Assembly (NCBI GenBank): GCA_963829235.1
Contig: CAWHIF010000007.1
Span: 67,723 to 131,722, forward strand
Origin: an uncultured Acidimicrobiaceae bacterium
GTDB lineage: Bacteria > Actinomycetota > Acidimicrobiia > Acidimicrobiales > RAAP-2
DNA: 64,000 bases
Direction of reading: 5' to 3'
Shown here: one piece after another, positions 8,921 through 18,433 of the stretch
Layout: every line of letters starts with the position of its first letter
Position numbering within the stretch: position 1 is the first letter of the stretch
Program-made: the position numbers and the translations under genes
The notes under the pieces: model-generated
What the model was told of the DNA's origin: nothing
Seen by the model: only the letters and a program-made list of their open reading frames with translations
Database searches by the model: none

Positions 8921-9253
8921 TCAGCCCCGTCCACCACCCGACCGAGCCTTACCTGCTCGGACACGCGGCGTCACGATCACGTTCACGCTGAAAGGTCGCA
9001 CGCACGCGTCAGCGACTGGGCGGCTGGCGTGGGGACCGAACTGTCGAACCAGGGAGATGAACCACTCCGGCACCGCCGGCGACGCGGCGCCGACGAGGGC
9101 CACATCGGCTTCATTGGCCAGGGTCAGATCCACGAGATCCTGGAGCTGTCCGTCCGTCAGAGGGAAGACCTCCCCGGTGAACCGGTTCCTGAACACCGTC
9201 GGATGACCGGCTCCGATCTGTGGATAGAGAAAAGCCGCGATCGCACGAGGCAT
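8921..9253 (-). CDS. hypothetical protein, possibly the 3' part of a disrupted larger gene
   Basis: The product MPRAIAAFLYPQIGAGHPTVFRNRFTGEVFPLTDGQLQDLVDLTLANEADVALVGAASPAVPEWFISLVRQFG has coding-like G/C third positions. I recognise no family. Coding-like stretches continue upstream to about 9691 in other frames. Confidence 0.3.
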   Translation of the reverse strand: MPRAIAAFLYPQIGAGHPTVFRNRFTGEVFPLTDGQLQDLVDLTLANEADVALVGAASPAVPEWFISLVRQFGPHASRPVADACVRPFSVNVIVTPRVRAGKARSGGGRG

Positions 9254-9712
9254 AGAGATGGACGAGAGCTTCCACAGCTGGTCCGACCGCAGTCGGTGAG
9301 CACGTCCCGCTCGTCCAATCCGAGCAGCGCGAATCCGAACCCGTCGGTCCCAGCAGGCTGGCACAACCCGGCCGTCGAGAGCGCCGGGTGGACCCCCAGT
9401 CCATCAGGAGTCGTTCCGTCCGCTTCAGATGGTCGAGGAGTCGCCCGAGCAGATGCGGCACGGCATCGGCATGCCGGTCGTACAGGAGTCGGAGGGCACG
9501 TCCTCGCCGACGCTCCCTCCCGTATCGACGTGATGCGACTGCCTTCGACCAGTGTCCACCACGATCACCTCCACCGTCCCGGAGCTTGTCCGCTCCAGGA
9601 GAGTGAGGCGATGGTACAAACGGCAGCGGGCCCCGCGGCGCCAGGTGACCGCCCCGGGGCCCAGACGGGTCCCAGCCCCGGTCGTGCCCATCCCCCTCCG
9701 GCGAGCCTGGCA

Positions 9713-10468
9713 CTAGCCCGGTCGCTGGAACACGATCATCTCCGCAGTGGCGCGGCGGACGCTGTCGGTGGGCGGCAACGCCCGAAGGGCCTCGATGGCG
9801 GGCCTCGTGACCTCCTCGACGGCATCCTCGTCCAGCTCGCGCAGCGCCGGCCACGTGCGGTTGGCGATGGCCGCCAGCTCGTGGTCGGGTGATGCGTGCC
9901 ACTGGCGCTCCAACCGGTGGACGGCGCCGGCAAATCCGGCGTTCCCGCCCCAGACGAGTACTTCGTCAACGGACACCCCGCGTGGACGCGACGCCCCCCG
10001 GCGGGCGTCGATCCGGGCTCCCATGTCCGAGATGATCGCGCCCACCCGGTCGCCGGCCAACGGGCACTGGGTTGCGCAGACCACGTAGCTGCCCCCGGGG
10101 CGGATCACCCTGGCCGCCTCCCGGAAGAGCGCCATCGGCTCCGCCACCGAGTGGACCACCCACACCGACACGGCGTGGGCGACACTGCCGGTGGCCAGAG
10201 ACATTCTCATCGCGTCGGACAGGACGACGACCGGGCCGAGCCGCAACCGGGCGCGGGACAGCATGGGGGCCGAAAGGTCCAGGCCGATCACACGCCGGCC
10301 CCGGCGCCGCAGGCCCAGAGCCACAACGCCCGTACCCACTCCTATCTCGAGAATCGGGCCGTCCCCTGCGGGTAGGTGGGCGTCCACGTCGCCGGCGTAC
10401 TCGTCACCCCGCTGCTCACCTCCACGGGTCTCGTCGTAGTGCTCGGCCAGTTGGTCGTACTCGGTCAT
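9713..10468 (-). CDS. class I SAM-dependent methyltransferase
   Basis: It starts YDQLAEHYDETRGG. Motif I reads ILEIGVGTGVVAL, followed by VIGLDLSAPML and IRPGGSYVV. Confidence 0.85.
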   Translation of the reverse strand: MTEYDQLAEHYDETRGGEQRGDEYAGDVDAHLPAGDGPILEIGVGTGVVALGLRRRGRRVIGLDLSAPMLSRARLRLGPVVVLSDAMRMSLATGSVAHAVSVWVVHSVAEPMALFREAARVIRPGGSYVVCATQCPLAGDRVGAIISDMGARIDARRGASRPRGVSVDEVLVWGGNAGFAGAVHRLERQWHASPDHELAAIANRTWPALRELDEDAVEEVTRPAIEALRALPPTDSVRRATAEMIVFQRPG

Positions 10469-10559
10469 CTCCCGATGTTGACACCGCCGCCGCCGGACGG
10501 TCGAAGCGACAGGCGACCGACGGCCGCGGCCCGATCATCGGCCCGCACCGGCCCGTTGC

Positions 10560-11003
10560 TCAGCTATGGGTGATCTTCGCTTCCATGGCTTCGATGCGGT
10601 CGTAGAGATCCTTCAGACCACCCTGGGTGTGGACGTCGAGCCGATCGAGGATCTCCAGAGTATCGTCGTAGGTGTGCTGCGATCGGAGATCGCTCGCCTG
10701 ACTCTGCACGTTCTGTCCCACCATGATGACCGAGAGCAGTACCAACTGGAGGAACGTCTGGGCGATCCACGCGATGATCCCCTCCCCTCCGGGCTTGAGT
10801 GCCGGTCGGAGCCCCAGCAGCGCGATCCCCGCGAACACGTAGGCGCACCACATCGAGCCGACGATATTGGTGAGGAACACCGCAATTTTCGCGTTCACAC
10901 CATCGGCGCGCCGGACGTCGCCACGCAGACCGTGGACGCTGATCGCCTGCTTGAAGAGGCGATGTGCCTTCACCGGTTTCGGTATCTGAATTCCGTCGCT
11001 CAT
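10560..11003 (-). CDS. DUF1003-family membrane protein
   Basis: ATG 11003 follows AAGGAGGAA. It has two TM helices (AVFLTNIVGSMWCAYVFAGIALLGL; IIAWIAQTFLQLVLLSVIMVGQNVQ), then a coiled-coil-like tail. Confidence 0.8.
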   Translation of the reverse strand: MSDGIQIPKPVKAHRLFKQAISVHGLRGDVRRADGVNAKIAVFLTNIVGSMWCAYVFAGIALLGLRPALKPGGEGIIAWIAQTFLQLVLLSVIMVGQNVQSQASDLRSQHTYDDTLEILDRLDVHTQGGLKDLYDRIEAMEAKITHS

Positions 11004-11216
11004 CGTTCCTCCTTGCTGGGTCTGCAAAGCATCTCACCCTGGCCGAGGGATGCCACTGATCCACAGCTACCGGAGGGGCCACCGACCAAGCCGGGGACGG
11101 CCCCCCGGTGCTCCACCGAGAACGTCCGTCGACGCGATCACGACCGGGCGATCCGGTCGATCAGACAGGCTGTTCGTTGTTGTCGCCGATGGGTCGGAAG
11201 GTGGCACGGGGCACTG

Positions 11217-11597
11217 TCAGGCAACCCCTCCCTCCGCCCGGGAGGTCGCAGACGCCATGCCCTTGATCATTTCGATCACCTCGTCGGTGCCATATCCGTG
11301 GTGTCGGGCGAAGTCGACCAACTCGTTGACCTTGCGGAGCACGGCGCTCTGCTCAGGGGTGCCGACAACGGTGATCCCCCGACCGCGGCGGAACTCCAGG
11401 AGCCCTTCGTCCCGAAGGATGTGCATGGCCCGCAGGACAGTGTTCTTGTTCACCCCCAAGACCGCGGCGATGTCCTTGACCAGGGGCAAACGATCACCCG
11501 GAGCAGCCTCACCGTCGGCGATGGCCCGACGGATGTCGGCGGCGACTTGGTCGTGCAGGGGAATCGGTCCCGTACGGTCGATCTGAAGAAGGTGCAT
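11217..11597 (-). CDS. GntR-family (short, YtrA-like) transcriptional regulator
   Basis: The wHTH region reads PLHDQVAADIRRAIADGEAAPGDRLPLVKDIAAVLGVNKNTVLRAMHILRDEGLLEFRRGRGITV. The product is only 126 aa. Confidence 0.88.
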   Translation of the reverse strand: MHLLQIDRTGPIPLHDQVAADIRRAIADGEAAPGDRLPLVKDIAAVLGVNKNTVLRAMHILRDEGLLEFRRGRGITVVGTPEQSAVLRKVNELVDFARHHGYGTDEVIEMIKGMASATSRAEGGVA

Positions 11598-11720
11598 AGT
11601 ACTACTGACTATAGATCCATTTTGGCGGGAAGCAAGGATCTCATCCGGGCGTGACCCACCGGGGCGTCGTCGTTCCCGTCTGTCAGCGGCGGATCCCCCG
11701 GTCGTCCGATCGACGGCTAC

Positions 11721-12824
11721 TCATTCTGCGATCGACGAATGGTCCGGACTGCGAATCGCGATTGCATCCCGCCCACCTCGTTTGACCTGATACAGAGCGA
11801 AGTCGGCATCGTCCAACAGGTGCTCGACGGTGGGGGTCGAATGATCGAGGCCGCCGACGCCGACACTGAGGGTCACGGCTACCTCGACGGCGGCGGAGAG
11901 ATCCTGACGGATCCGTTCGGCAACCTCTGCGGCTGCGGAGACGTCCGTATCCGGAAGGAGGAGGGCGAATTCGTCGCCGCCGAACCGACTGGCGAGATCG
12001 AAGGATCGACTGTTCCGGCGAAGGACGGACCCGGTGCTGGCCAGCACATGGTCGCCGACGACGTGACCGTAGGCGTCGTTCACCGCCTTGAACTGATCCA
12101 CATCGATCATCAAGAGGCTGAGGGGGCTTCGATTGCGGACTGATCGGGCGATCTCCTGCTCCATCCGCTGACGAAGGACACGCCGGACGGCGCATCCCGT
12201 GAGCTCGTCGATGGATGCCATGTCGGCCAGCGCGGCCTGGAGTCGTGCCCCGTGCTGCTCGATCCGCGTGCGATTGACCGAGGCGGCGACGGTGAGTGCC
12301 GAGGCGCCGGCGAGGGCTGCGAAGAGCAGAAAGGCACGGCCCGGAGAGCTGTCGAGGCGGCCATCGGCGAGGGGTACCAGCGCCACCGCCACCATGGTGG
12401 AGATTCCACAGAGGGCGGCCGCCTTCGGTGTGAACATGAGGGTGCCGAAGATCAGGGGAAGGAAGAGCAGGACGAGGAGCGGGCTGTTCAAGCCGAGGTC
12501 GAGCATGGCCACGGCGCCGACCCCGAAAGCGGACAGTGCCGTCCACGTGACGGAATACGTGGCGCACCACGGCTTCGACGCCACGGCCGGGGCCACGGCC
12601 ATGCCGATGATGGCGAGAACGAGCCACACGCCGACGACGACCCACAGGATGCCGCGATGCGGGCCATCGGGTGTCAGCGCCAGATAGCCGACGACGACGA
12701 ATGTCTCAGCCAGGAAGATGCCGAAGCCGATGCGAATGTGGGTGAGCCAGAAGCTCCGCCATGCGACCTGATCCGCGTCCCCGCGCAGCGCGCCGTCGAG
12801 CAGGTTCACGTCGTTCGAATCCAT
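11721..12824 (-). CDS. membrane-anchored diguanylate cyclase (GGDEF)
   Basis: It has five to six N-terminal TM segments. The GGDEF domain reads DELTGCAVRR...LLMIDVDQFKAVNDAYGHVVGDHVL...RFGGDEFALLLPDT. Confidence 0.92.
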   Translation of the reverse strand: MDSNDVNLLDGALRGDADQVAWRSFWLTHIRIGFGIFLAETFVVVGYLALTPDGPHRGILWVVVGVWLVLAIIGMAVAPAVASKPWCATYSVTWTALSAFGVGAVAMLDLGLNSPLLVLLFLPLIFGTLMFTPKAAALCGISTMVAVALVPLADGRLDSSPGRAFLLFAALAGASALTVAASVNRTRIEQHGARLQAALADMASIDELTGCAVRRVLRQRMEQEIARSVRNRSPLSLLMIDVDQFKAVNDAYGHVVGDHVLASTGSVLRRNSRSFDLASRFGGDEFALLLPDTDVSAAAEVAERIRQDLSAAVEVAVTLSVGVGGLDHSTPTVEHLLDDADFALYQVKRGGRDAIAIRSPDHSSIAE

Positions 12825-13110
12825 GGCACCTGCCCTTCACCAGTCTCGTCTCCTTGTCACATCGACCAACTTGGGGTGGGCCTTTACGGTTTTTGTGGCC
12901 ATCGACGGTTCTCTCAGGCGGGGATCCGTTTGCCCCGCTCCCTCGTAAGCCGACGGCCGGGAACTCACCTGAATGTGTCATCGGTGTGAACTCTCCGCCC
13001 ATGGAACCGGCCGACGACGGACCCCTCCGGTGCCTACCCGGAGTTCCCGACCCTGACATCGAACAGCGGCGACGGAAGGCGGAACGAGAGGGTCGCGACG
13101 AACGGCTACC

Positions 13111-14067
13111 GTGAGCCCGGTGGAGCGAGGTCCCCGATCAGCAGTGCTGTCCGTCGTCCACGGAGAATCTGCCGTTGGGCCCGCCGTTCTCAGCGGTGCC
13201 ATCGTGGCGGTCGCCTCGTACCTGATCGGCTCGAAACGGGGCGATGTCCGGGTGGACGTCGCCCTCGCCAGCATCGCCAGCTTCCTGTTCGGCATTCTCC
13301 TGGCCTTCACGATCGTCCGCACACGTGAGCGGATGGCCCTGGTCCAGGACCTCGTGAGCAAGGGGAACGCCTCCTTGCTGGCCATCCATAATCTCATGGA
13401 GGTCTTTCCAGCGGATGTGCGCTCCACCGTCCGCGACCTCATCGACCGTCAACTCACCGACCAGATCGACTACCGGTTAGTGGACAATTATCTGTCGACA
13501 CCTTCCCATCTCGCGCTCACACAAGCCGTCATCTCCCTCGAACCGCGCACCCCACAACAAGAGATCGTCTACAAGGAAGCAGTTGAGATCTGCATCGACA
13601 TGGGGTCGAACCGGGCACTGATAGAGGCCGCCAGCGGCCAGTCCCTCTCGCCGATCGAATGGACCGGGCTCCTACTCCTGCTCCTGTTGCTCATGGCCCT
13701 CATCGCCGTCTTGCCCGGTGGGACGCTGTGGGGGGCCCTGGTCGCCGGCCTCATGGCGGGCACGTTGGTCACGCTCCTCATCATTCTGCGCAAGTTGGAT
13801 CGGCTCCGATGGCACGAGCGGACCTCGATCTGGGAGCCTACCGCCCGGCTCTTCCGCAGCATGGGGAGGGACCCATACGTGCCTCGAGAGGCCATCGACA
13901 GCGGTCGCTACCGACCCACCGGACACGTCCGGGTGGCCGACTACCCCGATCCATATCCGAACCGGGCCGGCAAGATCGTCACCGTGGAGGATTTCGACCA
14001 CACAGACGCCCGGCGCGACACCACCCCGGCCGTGAGCATGGATGCGGCCGACCGCAGCCCCAATTGA
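13111..14067 (+). CDS. membrane protein (DUF4239-like)
   Basis: GTG start. It has two N-terminal and two central TM helices (LLLLLLLLMALIAVLPGG; LVAGLMAGTLVTLLIILRKL). SFLFGILLAFTIVRTRERMAL resembles DUF4239. The family call is tentative. Confidence 0.6.
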   Translation: MSPVERGPRSAVLSVVHGESAVGPAVLSGAIVAVASYLIGSKRGDVRVDVALASIASFLFGILLAFTIVRTRERMALVQDLVSKGNASLLAIHNLMEVFPADVRSTVRDLIDRQLTDQIDYRLVDNYLSTPSHLALTQAVISLEPRTPQQEIVYKEAVEICIDMGSNRALIEAASGQSLSPIEWTGLLLLLLLLMALIAVLPGGTLWGALVAGLMAGTLVTLLIILRKLDRLRWHERTSIWEPTARLFRSMGRDPYVPREAIDSGRYRPTGHVRVADYPDPYPNRAGKIVTVEDFDHTDARRDTTPAVSMDAADRSPN

Positions 14068-14086
14068 GGAGTTGAGAGGTGAGCCC

Positions 14087-14665
14087 GTGGACCTGACCAT
14101 CATCGGGACGGGATTCATCGGCACAACCCTCGGTCGGGCACTCACAGACTCTGGGAACCACGTCACGTTCGGCTCCCGACATCCCGATGACGAACAGGTG
14201 GCGATACCCGGCACACGCATCGCGTCCATCGGTGACGCGATCCCGGATTCGGACGTCATCATCCTGGCCATTCCCGGTGCGGCGGTTGACGACCTTTCAT
14301 CACGGTACGGGAAGGATCTGGCGGGCAAGCTGGTCATCGACGCCACCAATCGGATGGGTGAACCGGTCGCCAACAGTCGCGCCATGCTGCCGTCCACCGT
14401 CCGCTATGCCCGTGCGTTCAACACACTCGGCGGTGAGAACTTCGCCGACCCCGTCTTTTCCGAAGGGAGAGCGGACATGTTCTTCTCGGCCCCCGAGAAT
14501 GACCGTCGCCTGGTGGAGGAGGTCATCGAAGGCGTGGGTCTGCGTCCCGTGTACGTCGGCGAGGACGAGGAGCCGATCATCGATGCACTGTTCCAGCTCT
14601 GGATCGCTCTCGCCCTGAAGCAAGGTCGGGGAAGACGGATCGCTCTTCGTTTGATGGAGAACTGA
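14087..14665 (+). CDS. NADPH-dependent F420 reductase-like NAD(P)-binding oxidoreductase
   Basis: The Rossmann motif reads LTIIGTGFIGTTLGRAL, followed by VIILAIPGAAV and VIDATN. The start GTG 14087 is preferred over 14042, which overlaps the previous gene. Confidence 0.78.
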   Translation: MDLTIIGTGFIGTTLGRALTDSGNHVTFGSRHPDDEQVAIPGTRIASIGDAIPDSDVIILAIPGAAVDDLSSRYGKDLAGKLVIDATNRMGEPVANSRAMLPSTVRYARAFNTLGGENFADPVFSEGRADMFFSAPENDRRLVEEVIEGVGLRPVYVGEDEEPIIDALFQLWIALALKQGRGRRIALRLMEN

Positions 14666-14864
14666 CGCCCACCCGCCCGGAGAACCTTGCCGCCGCGGAC
14701 CTGGTGCTCGATGACGAGGCTCTGGAACTGCTCCCGTAAGCAGCGGATGAGGTCGGCCGACCTGGTCCCGACGGACTGACCGGTCCTCGGCGGGAGCCGG
14801 CGAGGAGAGGGCGGCGGGTCCGTGGCCGTTAGCATCGAGGCCTCATGTCGATTCTGGAGACCAC

Positions 14865-15668
14865 ATGACAGACATTTCGGGGCCGGGGCTCTCCGTCCCA
14901 AGTCGGCTCGGAGTTGCGGCGCGGTTCGAGGACGGTCAGCTCATCCTCGAGCTCAGGCCGCAGCCGGAGACGCTGCACCACGGCATCGTGCGGGCCAGTG
15001 TCATCTCGTTCGTCATCGATGTGGTGGCAGGGATCCCCCTGGATCGGGACCCCGGCGTGTGGACGCTCACCTCGGACATGTCGGTCCGGATGCGACCGAT
15101 ACCCGCGCCCGAACGCATCGATGCCACCAGCACGATCCTCCGCCAGGGCCGGCGATCGGCCACCAGCCTGGTCGAGCTCAGAACCGACGAAGGGGCGCCG
15201 ATCGCCACCGGTGCCATCGGCTTCGTGAACATCCCCCGCAAGGCGACCGACCCGCCAAAGCCGAACGTGCCGCTCGGGCAGATCCCTTCGATCTTCCGCG
15301 ATCCCGGCACGCTCACTCGGCCGCTGCGCGAGGAAGCCGGCATCAGCGTGATCGATGCGGCGGAGGGCGTCGTGCAGGTCGAGGTCACCCCGGAGCTCCG
15401 CAATCCCGCGGGGACGCTACAGGGCGCGATGGTCGCACTTCTGGCTGAAGCCGCGGCCGAAGATCTCGTGGCGACACGTTTCGAGTCGCCCGTCGTGGTG
15501 AGCGACCTCGACCTCCGGTATCTCAGGAAGGCGGAGGTGGGCCCGGTGCGCACCCGGAGCACGCTCTTGGGCACCGGGCCGCACGCGCCCGTCCAGGTCG
15601 AGCTCATCGACACGTCCACAGATCTGATCACGACGTTGGTCTATGCCACGACAGTCACCGTCTCCTGA
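14865..15668 (+). CDS. PaaI-type thioesterase, tandem hot-dog domains
   Basis: There are two repeats of the PaaI pattern: one with HHGIVRASVISFVIDVVAG, the other with NPAGTLQGAMVALLAEAAAED. Confidence 0.75.
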   Translation: MTDISGPGLSVPSRLGVAARFEDGQLILELRPQPETLHHGIVRASVISFVIDVVAGIPLDRDPGVWTLTSDMSVRMRPIPAPERIDATSTILRQGRRSATSLVELRTDEGAPIATGAIGFVNIPRKATDPPKPNVPLGQIPSIFRDPGTLTRPLREEAGISVIDAAEGVVQVEVTPELRNPAGTLQGAMVALLAEAAAEDLVATRFESPVVVSDLDLRYLRKAEVGPVRTRSTLLGTGPHAPVQVELIDTSTDLITTLVYATTVTVS

Positions 15669-15842
15669 CGCCTGGTTGGCCTGTCGACGCACAGAGACCG
15701 GCCGTTCTCGAAGCCTTGGTCCCGCTCCCTGTCGCATTTCAGCAGTTCAGGGCGGTCACGAGGGAAGCGCTCGAGCCCGTGACTGGTTCGTTGTCCCGGC
15801 CACCTCCTTCGATTGACGACCGAGAAGATACAGTGACCGGCC

Positions 15843-17051
15843 GTGGATGGAACCGATGCCGAGAGACCTGAGATCACCTTCCCGGAGGGCTTTGTCTGGG
15901 GCACGGCGACCGCGGCCCACCAGATAGAGGGCGGCAACGTCAACAATGACTGGTGGGCCTGGGAGCACAATCCCAATTCGGGATGTGCCGAGTCGAGTGG
16001 CGACGCCTGTGATTCGCTCCACCGATGGGCCGAGGATGTCCAGCTCGTCGCGGACATGGGGCTCCAGGCGTATCGGTTCTCCCTCGAGTGGAGTCGCATC
16101 GAGCCCGCCGAGGGCGAGTTCTCGATCGCTGCGCTCGACTACTACCGCCGCATCTGTGCAGCCTGCCGCGAGCGCGGCATCTCCCCGGTCGTGACGTTCC
16201 ATCACTTCACGACCCCGACCTGGCTGGCCGATCGAGGAGGGTGGGAGGCCGCGGACGCTGCCGATGTCTTCGCCCGTTTCGTCTCTCGGGCGGCAACCCA
16301 CCTCGGGGATCTGATCGGTTGGGCCTGCACGATCAACGAGCTCAACCTCATCGGCGTCATGGGCTACGCCCTCGGGTCATCTCCGCCGGGGGTGAAGGAC
16401 GACTTCGTCCGACATCTCGCAGTGAACGAGACCATCGTCCGGGCACACCGGCTCGCCGTCGACGCCCTTCGATCCGGCCCGGGGAGCTATCCCGTGGGCC
16501 TGACACTGTCGATGGACGAGATGGTGGCCGACCCGGGCGGAGAGGAAGTGCTCGAAGCCGCCCAGGAGATTCTCGAGGACCGGTTCATGCGGGGAGCCGA
16601 GGGTGACGACTTCATCGGGGTCCAGTGCTATTCGCGTGTGCACTTCGGACCAGACGGCCAGGCCCCCAACGAACCCGGAGTCCCTGTCACCCAAATGGGC
16701 TACGAGTACTGGCCGCAAGGAGTTGAACACTGTGCCCGGCGAGCCTCGGCAGTATCCGGGCTCCCTGTCCTCCTGACCGAGAGTGGGATCGCCACCGAGG
16801 ACGACACCGAGCGCATTGCCTACATCTCCGAGGCTCTTCGGGGCGTCCGGCGCGCCCTCGATGACGGCGTGGACATCCGCGGGTACTTCGTCTGGAGCCT
16901 GCTCGACAACTTCGAGTGGTCGAACGGATTTGCACCCCGGTTCGGCCTCCACAGTGTCGATCACACGACCTTCGCGAGGTATCCCAAGCCCAGCGCATCG
17001 TGGTACGGCGCGGTGGCCAGAGCAAACGGCTTGCCGGCGCCCCCGGCCTGA
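15843..17051 (+). CDS. GH1 beta-glucosidase
   Basis: Family motifs are FPEGFVWGTATAAHQIEGG, YRFSLEWSRIEP, TINELN (acid/base Glu) and LLTESGIA (nucleophile Glu; Ser replaces the usual Asn of TENG). Confidence 0.9.
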   Translation: MDGTDAERPEITFPEGFVWGTATAAHQIEGGNVNNDWWAWEHNPNSGCAESSGDACDSLHRWAEDVQLVADMGLQAYRFSLEWSRIEPAEGEFSIAALDYYRRICAACRERGISPVVTFHHFTTPTWLADRGGWEAADAADVFARFVSRAATHLGDLIGWACTINELNLIGVMGYALGSSPPGVKDDFVRHLAVNETIVRAHRLAVDALRSGPGSYPVGLTLSMDEMVADPGGEEVLEAAQEILEDRFMRGAEGDDFIGVQCYSRVHFGPDGQAPNEPGVPVTQMGYEYWPQGVEHCARRASAVSGLPVLLTESGIATEDDTERIAYISEALRGVRRALDDGVDIRGYFVWSLLDNFEWSNGFAPRFGLHSVDHTTFARYPKPSASWYGAVARANGLPAPPA

Positions 17052-17275
17052 GGCGCACTCACAGCACGGTGCGACGGGACGGCGATCCCGGCGCGGCTCG
17101 AGCCGCACGGAAGTCGAGCCTCCGTGGGCCTCGCGCCAGCTGTGGGAGCAGTGGCGGCGACAACGTCGATCCCCGTCATCGTGCCCGGACAGAGCGTTAA
17201 CATCGGTCCACCACCAGGTCCCCACCCAGGCTCGATCGAGTCGAGGACCGATGCTGGGGTTCGGGAGGAACCTTC

Positions 17276-18433
17276 ATGAGCGATCCGTTGGCACCAACGC
17301 CCGAACACCATTTCACCTTCGGACTCTGGACGGTCGGCAATCCGGGGCGTGACCCGTTCGGTCATGAGGTCCGAGCGCCGCTCGATCCCGTGGTTGTCGT
17401 GCATCATCTCGCCGAGCTGGGGGCCTACGGCGTGAGCTTCCACGACGACGACCTCGTGCCCTACGGATCTTCGGCGGCCGAGCGCCAGATCGTTCTCAAG
17501 CGCTTCGCCCGGGCGCTCGCCGAGACGGGGCTGAAGGTCCCGATGGTCACGACCAACCTCTTCTCCCGACCGATCTTCAAAGAGGGCGCATTCACCGCCA
17601 ATGATCCGCGGATTCGCCGATTCGCCATCAGAAAGGCGTGTGAGGCGATCGACCTCGGCGCCGAGTTCGGCGCCGAGGTCTTCGTGCTGTGGGGGGGCCG
17701 AGAAGGAGTCGAGGCCGATGCGGCCAAGGATGTCCGGGACGCACTGGATCGATACAAGGAGGCAGTGGACCTCTGCTGCGAGTACATCCGCGATCAGGGT
17801 CTGACCATGCGCATCGCCATGGAGCCCAAGCCGAACGAACCGCGGGGGGATATCTTCCTTCCGACGGTCGGGCACGTCCTGGCCTTCATCGGAGCACTGG
17901 AATGGCCGGACATGGTGGGGGTCAATCCCGAGTTCGCCCACGAGACGATGAGCGGCCTCTCCTTCTCCCACGCCGTGGCCCAGGTCCTGTGGCACAAGAA
18001 GCTCTTCCATATCGATCTCAATGCCCAGCGGATCGGGAAGTTCGACCAGGACTTCCGCTTCGGCTCCGAGGGAATCCGGGACGCCTTCTACCTGGTGAAG
18101 GTGCTCGAGGACGCCCACTGGGACGGCATGAAGCACTTCGATGCACACCCCTACCGGACCGAGGACACCGCCGGTGTCTGGGAGTTTGCCCGCGGGTGCA
18201 TCCGCACCTACCTGATTCTGGCGGAGAAGGTCCGCCGTTTCGGGGAGGACAAAGAGATCCAGGAGGCCCTGCGTGTGGCCAAGGTCTCCGATCTGAGCGA
18301 GAGGACCGCATCGGGTGGTGGGCTCGCCGATATCCGCAAAGGGTCTTATGACGAGGATGCGCTCGCCGCTCAGGGCTACGGCCACGAACGCCTCGACCAG
18401 CTGGTGACGGAGCTGTTGCTCGGGGTGCGGTAG
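17276..18433 (+). CDS. xylA: xylose isomerase
   Basis: This is the actinobacterial short-type XylA, with FTFGLWTVGNPGRDPFG, VSFHDDDL, FVLWGGREG, IAMEPKPNEPRGDIFLPTVGH, VNPEFAHE and HIDLNAQ. Confidence 0.97.
   Translation: MSDPLAPTPEHHFTFGLWTVGNPGRDPFGHEVRAPLDPVVVVHHLAELGAYGVSFHDDDLVPYGSSAAERQIVLKRFARALAETGLKVPMVTTNLFSRPIFKEGAFTANDPRIRRFAIRKACEAIDLGAEFGAEVFVLWGGREGVEADAAKDVRDALDRYKEAVDLCCEYIRDQGLTMRIAMEPKPNEPRGDIFLPTVGHVLAFIGALEWPDMVGVNPEFAHETMSGLSFSHAVAQVLWHKKLFHIDLNAQRIGKFDQDFRFGSEGIRDAFYLVKVLEDAHWDGMKHFDAHPYRTEDTAGVWEFARGCIRTYLILAEKVRRFGEDKEIQEALRVAKVSDLSERTASGGGLADIRKGSYDEDALAAQGYGHERLDQLVTELLLGVR

Noticed and set aside
12895-12930. CUGAGA on the minus strand upstream of the GGDEF gene (TPP-riboswitch hallmark)
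   Set aside because: The second TPP element (ACCUGAUCUGGAUAAUGCCAGCG-like) is absent.
14680-14800. Minus-strand peptide ADLIRCLREQFQSLVIEHQVRGGKVLR between the F420-reductase-like and thioesterase genes
   Set aside because: It is a short fragment without start, stop context or a recognisable family. It may be another relic, but that cannot be verified by eye.
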